Positions 1-12,398 of a stretch of 64,000 nt of DNA are shown one piece after another. The notes under the pieces were generated by a model, which searched no databases, had not been told where the DNA came from, and saw only the letters and a list, made by a program, of their open reading frames with translations. A program made the translations under genes and the position numbers. Origin of the DNA: Nitrosomonas sp. Its GTDB lineage: Bacteria; Pseudomonadota; Gammaproteobacteria; Burkholderiales; Nitrosomonadaceae. Numbering within the stretch: the stretch's first letter is position 1; each line of letters starts with the position of its first letter. The DNA is taken from assembly GCA_020890945.1 (NCBI GenBank), contig JAJHPK010000038.1:9898-73897 (forward strand), written 5' to 3'.

Positions 1-344
1 CCTTTTGAAGGGTCGACATCAGCCGCTCGGAAATCCCAGTAAATTTGCTCATAGCCTTGTGGACGCGGTATTTTACCGTTACGAATATCGAGAATTTCAA
101 AATATTGTTTTTCCCATTTGGCTTCACCACCACTGACAACATAGGTTCTGGCTAATCGCGTCAAATCATCAGAACTTTGACGCAATTCGTCAGCCAGTTG
201 ATACATTTGGTAACGATTTTTTGCCGCTTCGCTCATTACACCGGTATAGTGGCTACTCATAATAACGCTAGCAATCGTAATCATCGCTAACACCGCCACT
301 AAGCTTTTCATTGCTATAAAAATCTGCTTAAGACTCCAATTCAT
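1..344 (-). CDS. Signal-transduction sensor protein, N-terminal fragment (continues beyond window edge)
   Basis: Hand translation of the minus strand from the ATG at 342-344 gives MNWSLKQIFIAMKSLVAVLAMITIASV (signal-anchor helix). It continues YQLADELRQSSDDLTRLARTYVV...IPRPQGYEQIYWDF, a helical periplasmic sensor motif seen at N-termini of MCPs, diguanylate cyclases and sensor kinases. There is no stop before position 1, so it is absent from the ORF track as a truncated ORF. Confidence 0.55.
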   Translation of the reverse strand, partial: MNWSLKQIFIAMKSLVAVLAMITIASVIMSSHYTGVMSEAAKNRYQMYQLADELRQSSDDLTRLARTYVVSGGEAKWEKQYFEILDIRNGKIPRPQGYEQIYWDFRAADVDPSK

Positions 345-579
345 CACACTCACTCCTCTCTATCCTAATTACTTAAAACTAAAAAATTATTGGGCCGATT
401 AACAGCACGATTTCCTAAATCGGTAGGAAAAATCTTAAGCGTCAATATAACAAACCGAGGACTTGATTAATTTGAAGAAAAACACTACTTGAAATGGGTA
501 TTAGAATGATATATCGAATGATATATCAAGTGATTTGATAATGAACGCGTAGAATAGCTTCCACTTTGGTTTGGTAAAT

Positions 580-607
580 AAACCCCCAAACTCATTTGGG
601 GGTTTAT
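580..607 (-). terminator. Rho-independent terminator downstream of mcp copy 1
   Basis: Perfect hairpin AAACCCCCAAA-ctca-TTTGGGGGTTT flanked by A/T runs, about 55 nt after the stop at 662. It is symmetric, so it could act in both directions. Confidence 0.7.
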
Positions 608-661
608 TCTGGACAGAGAGTATTTTGTTACGATTAATGCAAGACTATTAGTGACAACAGT

Positions 662-2374
662 TTAAAACTCTTCCCAATCTTCTCCACCACCAGCAGCTAC
701 TTTACGAGGTGCAGGAGCGGACTGAGCACTTGATGCTTTCTTCTCAGCAGGCGCGCGACTTTGCATTTTGGCTACACTGCCTGAAGAAGCTGGTCGATTG
801 CTTCTTTTGACTATGGAAGGCGATGAACTTCCACCGGATAATCTGAACGTATCCACCGCTTGCGTTAGCGCTTTCGCTTGATCTTGCATGGATTCAGCAG
901 CGGCTGCGGCTTCTTCGACTAACGCGGCGTTTTGTTGCGTCACTTCGTCCATTTGCGTTACCGCTTGATTGACTTGTTCGATACCGGTGCTTTGTTCACT
1001 AGAAGCTGCGGAAATCTCGCTCATGATATCGGTCACGCGTCTTACCGCCGTCACGATTTCTTCCATGGTGGTTCCTGCTTCATCGACTAAACGCGTCCCT
1101 TCATCGACTTTGTTGGTGGAATCATTGATGAGTTCTTTAATTTCTTTAGCAGCCGCAGCGGAACGTTGCGCCAAAGTACGAACTTCAGTTGCCACCACCG
1201 CAAATCCACGGCCTTGTTCGCCAGCGCGCGCTGCTTCGACTGCTGCATTCAATGCCAAGATGTTGGTTTGGAAAGCAATACCATCGATCACGCTAATAAT
1301 ATCAACGATTTTATGTGAACTTTCGCTGATCGATTTCATTGTGTCGACTACCTGACTGACCACCGCGCCACCTTTGACAGCGACTTCAGAAGCACCCACC
1401 GCGAGTTGATTGGCTTGGCTGGCATTATCCGCGTTTTGTTTAACGGTCGAAGTCAATTCCTCCATCGAAGACGCAGTTTCTTCCAAGTTAGACGCTTGCT
1501 CTTCCGTGCGGTGGCTCAAATCCATATTACCAGTCGCAATTTGACTGGATGCAGTAGCAATCTGATCCGTGCTCATGCGCACCTTTCCGACCAAGTCGAT
1601 CAGATTGTCGTTCATTTCTTTAAGCGCACTTAATAATTTACCTGTAGATGCCTTGGTATCCGGTACCACAATTTTAGAAGTCAAATCCCCGGAAGCAACT
1701 TTATGTGCAATCTCAATCGCTTCATCCAACGGTTCAACAATCGATTTTAATAATACCATTCCCAAAATAGTGCCTATCACAATGCCGAAAATCATTACGC
1801 CAATCAATACCACCAAAATGGTATTAAAATTGGCTTGCGAAGTTTCATATTCTTGTGCTGCGATGTTCTTCTGCATATCAATTAGCTTAAATATTGATAT
1901 GTGCAATTCATCAAATTTGGGTGTAATAGCCTCTACATTCGCAACAGCGCCTTCAAAATCACCTGCATCGGCTAACGTTATTGTCTTGTTCCTTCCTTCC
2001 TGATAAACTTTCCATTGTTGCATAACGGTGTCAGCCAGTGATTTTTCTTCCGGCGTCATGGTAGTAGCCGTATATTTCTTCCAAGTCTCGTCGATTTCTT
2101 GTTCTCTTTGCTGTGTCATCCTGCTACGCTCTTTGACAATATCTGGATTTTTTGAATACGCTGCAATAATGGCATTAAGACGCGTACGTTGCATGCGATC
2201 GATCACTACGCCCAACTCCCCCATTGGAACAGCACGATCTTCATACACTGTCTTAAGACCTAAATTGGCCTGATTAAAGCCATAAATCCCAACGCCACCA
2301 ATCATGACCATCAGTGCTGATAACAGTCCAACCACTAACATCAAACGAAACTTAATCGTTGTTTTCGTAAACAT
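662..2374 (-). CDS. Methyl-accepting chemotaxis protein (copy 1)
   Basis: The ORF has an N-terminal TM helix, a periplasmic helical domain, a second TM helix, HAMP, and the highly conserved MCP signalling hairpin ([30 protein letters not shown]). The C-terminus ends GGGEDWEEF. Start set to the ATG one codon inside the GTG of the ORF-track call, preceded by AAGGAG. Confidence 0.95.
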   Translation of the reverse strand: MFTKTTIKFRLMLVVGLLSALMVMIGGVGIYGFNQANLGLKTVYEDRAVPMGELGVVIDRMQRTRLNAIIAAYSKNPDIVKERSRMTQQREQEIDETWKKYTATTMTPEEKSLADTVMQQWKVYQEGRNKTITLADAGDFEGAVANVEAITPKFDELHISIFKLIDMQKNIAAQEYETSQANFNTILVVLIGVMIFGIVIGTILGMVLLKSIVEPLDEAIEIAHKVASGDLTSKIVVPDTKASTGKLLSALKEMNDNLIDLVGKVRMSTDQIATASSQIATGNMDLSHRTEEQASNLEETASSMEELTSTVKQNADNASQANQLAVGASEVAVKGGAVVSQVVDTMKSISESSHKIVDIISVIDGIAFQTNILALNAAVEAARAGEQGRGFAVVATEVRTLAQRSAAAAKEIKELINDSTNKVDEGTRLVDEAGTTMEEIVTAVRRVTDIMSEISAASSEQSTGIEQVNQAVTQMDEVTQQNAALVEEAAAAAESMQDQAKALTQAVDTFRLSGGSSSPSIVKRSNRPASSGSVAKMQSRAPAEKKASSAQSAPAPRKVAAGGGEDWEEF

Positions 2375-2441
2375 CACACTCTCCTTAGAGTTACCTTAGA
2401 TTCACTTCTTTCAATAAAACCCAAACCAATCGATTGTTACA

Positions 2442-2960
2442 TCAGCATTCTTCCAACAACCCCATGCTGGCGCTATTCATCAATTTTTCGATATCAACCA
2501 AAATCAACATGCGTTCAGCAACGGTTCCCAATCCGGTAATAAATTCCGTATCGATAACCGAGCCTAATCCAGGTGTTGGACGAAGTTGATCATGCGTCAA
2601 GCTGAGCACATCGGATACGCCATCGACGACTATGCCGACGATGCGGATTCCGACATTCAGAATAATGACAACAGTAAATTGGTCGTAAGTTGCATTGCCT
2701 AAGCGAAACTTGATGCGCATATCGACAATGGGGACAATGGTGCCGCGTAAATTGACTACGCCTTTAATGAAATCTGGCGCGTTTGAGATTTGAGTAATGG
2801 CGTCATAGCCACGAATTTCTTGAACTTTAAGAATATCGATTCCATATTCTTCATCGCCCAAGCGAAATGTAAGATATTCTCCTGCTGTTGAGCTTTCAAC
2901 AGATTCATCGACTGTTTTGAGCGCCGCTGCGCTGGCAGATTGTTGCGACATAAGCATCAC
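2442..2960 (-). CDS. cheW: Chemotaxis coupling protein CheW (copy 1)
   Basis: 172 aa single CheW domain ([25 protein letters not shown]...[13 protein letters not shown]). The start could be the ATG one codon downstream of the GTG. Confidence 0.93.
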   Translation of the reverse strand: MMLMSQQSASAAALKTVDESVESSTAGEYLTFRLGDEEYGIDILKVQEIRGYDAITQISNAPDFIKGVVNLRGTIVPIVDMRIKFRLGNATYDQFTVVIILNVGIRIVGIVVDGVSDVLSLTHDQLRPTPGLGSVIDTEFITGLGTVAERMLILVDIEKLMNSASMGLLEEC

Positions 2961-3292
2961 TCCTCTCTTGTTATTCCAAACTTGGATCTACTTATAAAAC
3001 TCAAAAAACCAATTACTGATATCCGATAAATAGCGACAATCAGTAATCAGCTCTACAAATAGATACGCCGATAAACAGTAAAACTCACGGCTGTCTATAC
3101 AACAATAATGTGTTGTTTTGTAGAATGAGTTAATTCTAGAGTGTTTTGAAATAACAGAAGCCAGGAACAAGCAGCAAAATTACGTTTATTTCTTTAATTT
3201 TTCATTCGGTATCCCCCCTCGGATCGTTCAGGGAAAGGATCCTTAACTACTTGAGGACTCTTTCCCTTGTTAGAAAATGATTGTGTTTAGGA

Positions 3293-5029
3293 TTAAAACT
3301 CTTCCCAATCCTCACCACCGCCAGACGCTGCTTTACGCGTTGCAGATGCGTCCGTCATTTTGTCGGTGCTGAGGGTATTTTTCTTTTCCGCCACTTTATC
3401 GGATTGAGGTTTTTGCATCTTGGTCACCGTCGCTTTAGCATTGGAATGATTACTTCTTTTTGCCATCGTTAACGACCCCCGATCGTTGGCCAATCTGAAT
3501 ACGCTAACAGCCTGTGTTAATGCACGCGTTTGGTCTTGCATCGATTCTGCCGCTGCAGCGGCTTCTTCAACCAATGCCGCATTTTGCTGCGTGGTTTCGT
3601 CCATTTGCGTAACTGCTTGATTGACTTGTTCGATACCGGTGCTTTGTTCATTAGAAGCTGCGGAAATCTCGCTCATGATATCGGTCACGCGTTTTACTGA
3701 ATTAACGATTTCATCCATCGTGTTACCCGCTTCGTCGACTAATTTCGTACCCTCGTCTACTTTGGTAACCGAATCATTGATCAAATCTTTGATTTCCTTC
3801 GCAGCTGCGGCTGACCGTTGCGCTAAAGTCCGCACTTCGGTGGCCACTACGGCAAAGCCTCGGCCTTGTTCACCCGCGCGCGCTGCTTCAACGGCAGCAT
3901 TCAAAGCCAGGATATTGGTTTGGAACGCGATACCGTCAATCACGCTGATAATGTCAACGATTTTATGCGAGCTTTCACTGATTGATTTCATGGTATCCAC
4001 TACTTGACCAACCACTTCGCCGCCTTTAATCGCCACTTGCGATGCTCCTTCAGCCAATTGATTGGCTTGGCGTGCATTATCGGCGTTTTGTTTCACCGTG
4101 GAAGTCAATTCTTCCATCGAAGAAGCGGTTTCTTCTAAACTGGAAGCTTGTTCTTCGGTACGATGACTGAGGTCTAAATTTCCCGAAGCGATTTCACCCG
4201 ATGCGGTTGAAATTTGATCCGTACTCGTGCGGACTTTGCCAACCAAATCGATCAAATTATCGTTCATTTCTTTCAGTGCTTCTAGCAAACGTCCTGTAGA
4301 TGCTTTGGTATCGGGTACTACAATATTGGAAGTCAAATCACCTTCGGCTACTTTATGCGCGATATCGATCGCTTCATCTAAAGGCTCTATGATAGATTTT
4401 AACAGTACGATACTGAAAACAAACGCGATGGTAAAACTCGCCAGGATTGCGCCAACCAAGCCGATAAAAATTATATTGTAGGCGTTTTGTGCGAAACTAA
4501 ATTCTTGAGAAGCTACTTTTCCTTGCAAATCGAGCAATGTAAATACCGTCCCCCTCAGCACATCAAATTTACCAACGGTATCCGAATTAAAGTTCTGTCT
4601 GGCGCCATCAAAATCACCATTGACCGCCATTTGCAAGCTGCGATTGAATGATTGCACATATTGCACATGCTGTTCGCCCTTGGTTTTCGTCAATACGCTT
4701 TCTTCCGGCGTTAATTGCGTCTTTAAATATTCCGCCCATACTCCCTCGTTTTGCTTCACCAGTCGATTCGCCTCTTCCATATTTCTTCTGGCTTGCTCGG
4801 TATTTTTCGAATCAATCGCGTCCTCGGTGTTTTTGCGGACCGCATACCAGGCATCGAGAATCTTTCCTAATTGCTGCGAAGGAATCAGTCGGTCCTGATA
4901 CACTCTACCCAGCGCATTATTGGATTCATAAAATCCATACAAACCCACTGCTCCAGTAATAGCGACTAATGTAGCTAATATTCCCAGCACTAAATTCAAA
5001 CGAAATTTAATCGTTGTTTTCGTAAACAT
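3293..5029 (-). CDS. Methyl-accepting chemotaxis protein (copy 2)
   Basis: Paralog of 662-2374. The cytoplasmic HAMP and signalling region is nearly identical, the periplasmic domain is strongly diverged, and the DWEEF C-terminus is the same. Start moved to MFTKTT (12th codon of the ORF-track call), downstream of GGGAGGA. Confidence 0.95.
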   Translation of the reverse strand: MFTKTTIKFRLNLVLGILATLVAITGAVGLYGFYESNNALGRVYQDRLIPSQQLGKILDAWYAVRKNTEDAIDSKNTEQARRNMEEANRLVKQNEGVWAEYLKTQLTPEESVLTKTKGEQHVQYVQSFNRSLQMAVNGDFDGARQNFNSDTVGKFDVLRGTVFTLLDLQGKVASQEFSFAQNAYNIIFIGLVGAILASFTIAFVFSIVLLKSIIEPLDEAIDIAHKVAEGDLTSNIVVPDTKASTGRLLEALKEMNDNLIDLVGKVRTSTDQISTASGEIASGNLDLSHRTEEQASSLEETASSMEELTSTVKQNADNARQANQLAEGASQVAIKGGEVVGQVVDTMKSISESSHKIVDIISVIDGIAFQTNILALNAAVEAARAGEQGRGFAVVATEVRTLAQRSAAAAKEIKDLINDSVTKVDEGTKLVDEAGNTMDEIVNSVKRVTDIMSEISAASNEQSTGIEQVNQAVTQMDETTQQNAALVEEAAAAAESMQDQTRALTQAVSVFRLANDRGSLTMAKRSNHSNAKATVTKMQKPQSDKVAEKKNTLSTDKMTDASATRKAASGGGEDWEEF

Positions 5030-5093
5030 CATTCCTCCCTCAAGGCTTTCTTTCTGAATCAATTAAACAACACAACAAATCCACTTCTTGATA

Positions 5094-5600
5094 TCAGCAT
5101 TCTTCCAGCAACCCCATGCTGACACTATTCATCAATTTTGCTATGTCAACTAGAATCAACATGCGCTCATCAATCCTCCCCAGCCCGGTTATAAATTCAA
5201 TATCAATCACCGAACCTAATCCTGGAGTAGGACGCATTTGATCGCTGGATAGACTGAGCACGTCCGAAACGCCATCCACGACGATGCCGACAATACGCGT
5301 GTCGACATTGAGAATAATCACAACAGTAAACTGATCGTAGGTTGCTTGCCCTAAGCGAAACTTAATCCGCATATCGACTATCGGCACGATGGTGCCGCGT
5401 AAATTGACAACGCCTTTGATGAATTCTGGCGCATTTGAAATTTGTGTAATGGCATCATAGCCACGGATTTCCTGTACCTTGAGAATATCGATGCCGTACT
5501 CTTCATCACCCAATCGAAACGTCAAAAACTCTTGTACTGGCGCAGTTGCGTTCATATCCTCCGGCATCTCGATAGCAACATTTGCATTTTGTTGCAGCAT
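5094..5600 (-). CDS. cheW: Chemotaxis coupling protein CheW (copy 2)
   Basis: 168 aa, collinear and highly similar to the CheW at 2442-2960 apart from the first ~25 residues. Confidence 0.93.
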   Translation of the reverse strand: MLQQNANVAIEMPEDMNATAPVQEFLTFRLGDEEYGIDILKVQEIRGYDAITQISNAPEFIKGVVNLRGTIVPIVDMRIKFRLGQATYDQFTVVIILNVDTRIVGIVVDGVSDVLSLSSDQMRPTPGLGSVIDIEFITGLGRIDERMLILVDIAKLMNSVSMGLLEEC

Positions 5601-5915
5601 AAGTCACACTCCTTACTCAATGATTCAAATCTAACTCTGTTGAAGTGATCGGCGCCGGAAATGGCTTTGAAGTAGTTTTTTATGAGGATCAATCAACAAT
5701 CTCTCAACCTATCCATTAAACAATCAACCTATAAAGATTTTTTGTTACGTTCTGATAGAGAAGATTAGCCGACAGTATAGTAGGGCTGCTACTTTTTTAA
5801 GCATTAAACAAATGGCCAAAAGATATCCCTTTCAATGTTAATATTTTATAGATCAATAGCTTATATTTTAGTAAACTAATTGTCATATTGGCTTAAATAA
5901 AGGCTTTGTGAAACG

Positions 5916-6296
5916 ATGATCGTGGGAATGAATCACTTTACGGTACTCAGTAGCGACTTAAATCGAAGTAAACAATTTTATGTGGAATTACTTGATTTCA
6001 AAGAAGGCTATCGTCCGGAATTTTCTTTTCCAGGAGCATGGTTATATATAGACGATCAACCGATTTTGCATATCATGGCCGATAGACCAATGCCAGACAA
6101 ACCTGCCGGCGTGATTGATCACATGGCTTTTACCGCTAGCAATTTACAATCTATGGTTGATCGATTAAAGCAACGAGGTATTGTGTATGACTTGCACCGC
6201 CTGAAAGGATTGGGAACATGGCAACTGTTCTTTCATGATCCAGACGGTGCAAAAATTGAATTAGACTTTCCAGCGAATGAAGCAGAGCCTCATTAG
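5916..6296 (+). CDS. VOC (glyoxalase/bleomycin-resistance/dioxygenase) family protein
   Basis: 126 aa with MNHFTVLSSDL...FY..LL.F, HIMA, DHMAF and FHDPDGAKIEL, the pattern of the paired beta-alpha-beta-beta-beta VOC fold with metal ligands. Confidence 0.8.
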   Translation: MIVGMNHFTVLSSDLNRSKQFYVELLDFKEGYRPEFSFPGAWLYIDDQPILHIMADRPMPDKPAGVIDHMAFTASNLQSMVDRLKQRGIVYDLHRLKGLGTWQLFFHDPDGAKIELDFPANEAEPH

Positions 6297-6327
6297 TCGA
6301 TTGCAGAATAAACTTAAGCGTTTGGAA

Positions 6328-7110
6328 TTATTTTTTACAATTCGGTTTTTTGCCCGCAGCATTGGCTTGACGCATCAGTTCCATGCTTTTAGGCATGTGA
6401 TCACGTAATTCTTCTATCCGTGTTTCATGAGAAGGATGGGTCGATAAAAACTCAGCCGGTTGCGCGCCTTGGCTTGCTTGTGACATTTTTTGCCAGAGCG
6501 TCACACTCTCAGAAGGATTGAATCCCGCTTTTGCCATCAGATCAAGGCCAATAATATCGGCTTCGCTTTCATGTAGGCGACTAAAAGGCATGATTACACC
6601 ATATTGCGCACCTACCCCCAGCAATCCCAGCGCAGCTTGACCTGCTGCTGTCTGTGGCGCAACTATCGAAGCGATGCTCATTCCCACTTGCGCGCCCACT
6701 TTTTGCGACATGCGCTCATTGCTATGCCGCGCTAATACATGTCCAATTTCATGACCAATCACTGCCGCCAATTGATCTTGATTGTCCACTAATTCAGCCA
6801 AGCCGGTATGTACGCCAATTTTGCTGCCAGGCAAAGCAAATGCATTCAACGATTTGTCTTCGAACACCACGACTTCCCACTGACCACCGACTTCTCGCGT
6901 TAGAACATCTGCAACGCAACGTACAAATTGGTTTTCTTTAGCGTCTTTATTGATCGGTTTTTCTTTTTTGAGATCATCAAAAGCTTGCAAACCCATTGCA
7001 TTTAATTGACTGTCCGGCATAAACGCCAGTTGGCTTCTGCCAGTAGGCGTCGTCGAGCAAGCAACAAGCATCATTAGGCATGGCAAAACAAACAACATCT
7101 TATTATTCAT
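6328..7110 (-). CDS. M48-family zinc metallopeptidase lipoprotein
   Basis: HEIGHVLARH (HExxH) plus a downstream ESEADIIG glutamate. Lipobox LMMLVAC-S. Start moved to the ATG (MNNKMLFVL) preceded by AGGAAA; the ORF-track start is a TTG 13 codons upstream. Confidence 0.85.
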   Translation of the reverse strand: MNNKMLFVLPCLMMLVACSTTPTGRSQLAFMPDSQLNAMGLQAFDDLKKEKPINKDAKENQFVRCVADVLTREVGGQWEVVVFEDKSLNAFALPGSKIGVHTGLAELVDNQDQLAAVIGHEIGHVLARHSNERMSQKVGAQVGMSIASIVAPQTAAGQAALGLLGVGAQYGVIMPFSRLHESEADIIGLDLMAKAGFNPSESVTLWQKMSQASQGAQPAEFLSTHPSHETRIEELRDHMPKSMELMRQANAAGKKPNCKK

Positions 7111-7285
7111 AATTGATGATTTCCTATTAATGGATGAACGGTTAACCAATTGCGCGTTTTGAATAAGGATATCTTTATAATATCTTCGTCATAAGACCTT
7201 CAGGAGTATTTTGGGTTCTCAAATCGTTCTTTATATCGGTTATGATATAACGCTTTTTTCTATAAAACAAAGAGGTATTTAAGAT

Positions 7286-7492
7286 ATGGATGATCATGTT
7301 TATAAGGTGATTGAAGTGGTCGGTTCTTCGACAGTGAGCAGCGATGATGCCATTCAACAAGCCATCGCCAAATCGGCAAAAAGTTTACGTAACTTGGATT
7401 GGTTTGAAGTGGTTGAAACGCGTGGCCATATTGTGAACGCCAAAGTTGCGCATTTTCAAGTCAAGATAAAAATCGGCTTTCGTCTCGATTAG
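7286..7492 (+). CDS. Dodecin-family flavin-binding protein
   Basis: 68 aa: HVYKVIEVVGSS..S.DDAIQQAI.KA.K.LRNLDWFEVVETRGHI. Size and motif match dodecin. Confidence 0.75.
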   Translation: MDDHVYKVIEVVGSSTVSSDDAIQQAIAKSAKSLRNLDWFEVVETRGHIVNAKVAHFQVKIKIGFRLD

Positions 7493-7542
7493 CAAGTTTA
7501 CTTGCGGGATGGCACGATTGACCCATGCAGTTAACGCTATAA

Positions 7543-10179
<2,637 letters not shown>

Positions 10180-10206
10180 TTGGCTCGCTTGCAATGATTG
10201 CTCAAC

Positions 10207-10758
10207 ATGAGGCGTACTATGGATAGAAAGTATAATTTTCAGCAACATGCAACGCTCTGGGTGGTATTGATAATGTCGCTCCTATTGGTGGCATGTGGTT
10301 TTAAGCTGCGCGGTAAAACCGTATCTTTACCGTTTAAATCGCTTTATGTGTCTGCTCCGGAAGGGCCTGGTCAAATTCTTGGCGTCAAATTGGAGCGGGC
10401 AATCCGCGCCACTCCTACTACGAGAGTAGTGATGGATCCAGAAAACGCCGAAGCAGTAATTGAAATTATCAGCGCCACCACTGAAAAAGGCATTTTGTCA
10501 CTTTCAGGAGGTGGCCGTGTTCGTGACTTTAATGTGATATATCGAGTTGCTTATCGGGTAATTAATCAAGAGAAAGCTGAAATTGTTCCTGTCAGCGAGG
10601 TATCTTTAGCGCGCATTTTACCTTTTCTTGACGAACAAATTTTAGCAAAGAATGAGGAAGAAAATCTCTTAATCAAGGATATGCAAAAAGATGCTGTCCG
10701 ACAAATTCTATGGCGATTGTCGACTTATAAACCAGACGCTGAAAAAACCACATCTTAA
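10207..10758 (+). CDS. lptE: LPS-assembly lipoprotein LptE
   Basis: Lipobox LLLVAC-GFKLRG and a conserved position directly after leuS and before holA. Start moved from TTG to the first ATG. Confidence 0.85.
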   Translation: MRRTMDRKYNFQQHATLWVVLIMSLLLVACGFKLRGKTVSLPFKSLYVSAPEGPGQILGVKLERAIRATPTTRVVMDPENAEAVIEIISATTEKGILSLSGGGRVRDFNVIYRVAYRVINQEKAEIVPVSEVSLARILPFLDEQILAKNEEENLLIKDMQKDAVRQILWRLSTYKPDAEKTTS

Positions 10759-10789
10759 AAAATTTTCTTCGTATTTTATATTCGTAATC

Positions 10790-11824
10790 ATGCGAATATC
10801 GTTGGATCGGCTTGCTGCTCATTTGCAAAAACAAATGGCGCCGCTGTATGTATTGTTCGGTGACGAAACCCTACTGATTCTTGAAGCCATTGATTTAATT
10901 TTGTCACATGCGCGTCAACAAGGTTATACAGAAAGAGAAATTTATACGGTTGAACAGCATTTCAAATGGCAAAATATTCTCAATGCCGATAGTAATTTAT
11001 CTTTGTTTGGCACCAAAAAGATTATTGATATCCGCATTCCATCCGGGAAGCCTGGCAAGGAAGGCGGCGCCGTTATGGAAGCCTATTGCACCACGATTTC
11101 ACCTGATGTATTGACGCTAATTACCCTACCAAGAATTGATCAATCTACCCAGAATACGCAATGGTTTAAATCGCTTGAAAACTTCGGTGTGGTAATTCCA
11201 GTAAGTAACATTGAGCGCCAACAGTTGCCTGAATGGATTGCAAAACGTTTGGCACAACAACAACAGAGAACGGATGCCACAACACTTGAATTCATGGCAG
11301 ACCAGGTTGAAGGTAATTTATTAGCAGCTTATCAAGAAATACAAAAATTGGCGCTTATTTATCCAGCAGGTAATTTGACATTGGCACAAATTCGCGCAGT
11401 CATTTTCAATATGGCGCGTTATGATATTTATCAATTAGCAGATGCATTGATTGCCTCAGACGCCAATCGTTATTCCCGCATTTTGAATGAATTACAAGAA
11501 GAAGGCACAGCACCGCTCTTGATATTGAATGTTCTCGCCGAACAAATTCGACAACTTATCACGATTCAAAAAGGAATTAACACCGGGCAATCTACAGCAC
11601 AACTGTTGCGATCCGCAAGAATATGGGGAAATCGGCAAAAAATTGTTCTGAATGCGGCTCAGCGTATTCATCTTGATTCACTTCATCGAGCAATATTGCA
11701 TGCCGCCAGAATTGACCGTATGATAAAAGGTGTTGCGGATGGAGATATTTGGAATGAACTATCTCGGTTTATCAATATACTTGCCACTAATTTTGATGTT
11801 TCACACGCTCTATCAACTCAATAA
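10790..11824 (+). CDS. holA: DNA polymerase III delta subunit
   Basis: The motif L..HL.....PLYVLFGDE.LL...A.D.I is typical of the HolA N-terminus, and the gene follows lptE as in most proteobacteria. The ORF-track start at 10691 overlaps lptE by 68 nt, so the internal ATG (MRISLDRL) was chosen. Confidence 0.9.
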   Translation: MRISLDRLAAHLQKQMAPLYVLFGDETLLILEAIDLILSHARQQGYTEREIYTVEQHFKWQNILNADSNLSLFGTKKIIDIRIPSGKPGKEGGAVMEAYCTTISPDVLTLITLPRIDQSTQNTQWFKSLENFGVVIPVSNIERQQLPEWIAKRLAQQQQRTDATTLEFMADQVEGNLLAAYQEIQKLALIYPAGNLTLAQIRAVIFNMARYDIYQLADALIASDANRYSRILNELQEEGTAPLLILNVLAEQIRQLITIQKGINTGQSTAQLLRSARIWGNRQKIVLNAAQRIHLDSLHRAILHAARIDRMIKGVADGDIWNELSRFINILATNFDVSHALSTQ

Positions 11825-11977
11825 AAAATCGATACATTTTTTTATTTATGCAGTTGTTACATTTGAATCGATACGCAATTAAGTGGATTTATGCTAATCA
11901 ATTAACTACAACATACTTGATGGAACATAAAATAACCGCAAACGGCTATTAAATCATAATAAATAGAAAGAAGGACA

Positions 11978-12319
11978 ATGACTATGCGAATTTTCAAGCG
12001 TTTCACCCTTTCACTAGCGCTAATAATCACGCTGCCCATATTGATCGGTTGCGAAAATTACGCTGATAAAACTCATCCATCATGGGTGCAACCACCTCCT
12101 GGTGCCGTTTATGATGATTCGACCATTTATGCCAGAATTATGGCGGCCATACAATCCGACGCCGTCCTGCAAGGCAGTAATGTTGAAGTAAAAGTAACTG
12201 AAGGAAATGTATTGTTAACTGGAAGCGTTATTAATGATGATCAAATGACACGCGTGAACATGCATAGTTGGATAGTCGATGGGGTCAAAAAGGTAGACAA
12301 TCAAATCGTAAAGAAATAA
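11978..12319 (+). CDS. BON-domain lipoprotein
   Basis: Signal peptide with lipobox LIGC. The C-terminal ~65 aa match BON (I.A.I..D..L.GSNV.V.V..G.V.L.G.V......T....H.W.V.GVKKV.NQI). Confidence 0.7.
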   Translation: MTMRIFKRFTLSLALIITLPILIGCENYADKTHPSWVQPPPGAVYDDSTIYARIMAAIQSDAVLQGSNVEVKVTEGNVLLTGSVINDDQMTRVNMHSWIVDGVKKVDNQIVKK

Positions 12320-12338
12320 TCATCTTCAAACATAAAGA

Positions 12339-12376
12339 TTAAGGGAACATGCATTTTTATTATGCATATTCCCTTA
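12339..12376. terminator. Bidirectional hairpin terminator between convergent genes
   Basis: TTAAGGGAACATGCAT-ttttatt-ATGCATATTCCCTTAA, a 16-bp stem with one mismatch, between the stops at 12319 (+) and 12399 (-). Confidence 0.7.
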
Positions 12377-12398
12377 AGTTTCAAAACTTACTTAGTGA

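Noticed and set aside
2937-2961. When hand-counting the minus strand near the cheW copy 1 start, I read a T-run that seemed to put the first 7 codons out of frame with the rest of the gene.
   Set aside because: The supplied ORF track gives one continuous 172-aa translation, and the coordinates before and after the spot are self-consistent. I attribute the discrepancy to my manual counting and do not claim a frameshift.
2988-3170. A 60-aa ORF in the intergenic region between cheW copy 1 and mcp copy 2.
   Set aside because: It has low-complexity, Cys/Phe/Tyr-rich composition typical of AT-rich non-coding DNA, no RBS and no similarity to anything I recognise.
969-4007. Plus-strand ORFs of 128-144 aa (969-1355, 1569-2003, 3621-4007, 4227-4481 and others) inside the two MCP genes. 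Two of them are almost identical to each other.
   Set aside because: They are antisense shadow frames of a highly conserved, Ala/Ser/Thr-rich coiled-coil gene. Their mutual identity only reflects the duplication of the MCP signalling domain. They have no RBS and no recognisable domains.
5640-5675. A possible FliA (sigma-28) promoter upstream of cheW copy 2. The minus strand reads TCAAAG-N11-GCCGATCA.
   Set aside because: The -10 element is good, but the spacing to the TAAAG-like element is about 3 nt shorter than the consensus TAAAGTTT-N11-GCCGATAA. GCCGATAA-like strings near 3025 and 3066 are on the wrong strand. This is not enough to call.
10691-10789. An extended holA N-terminus (the ORF-track start at 10691) overlapping lptE by 68 nt.
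   Set aside because: The extension (MLSDKFYGDCRLINQ...) has no HolA similarity. The conserved HolA N-terminus begins at the internal ATG at 10790.
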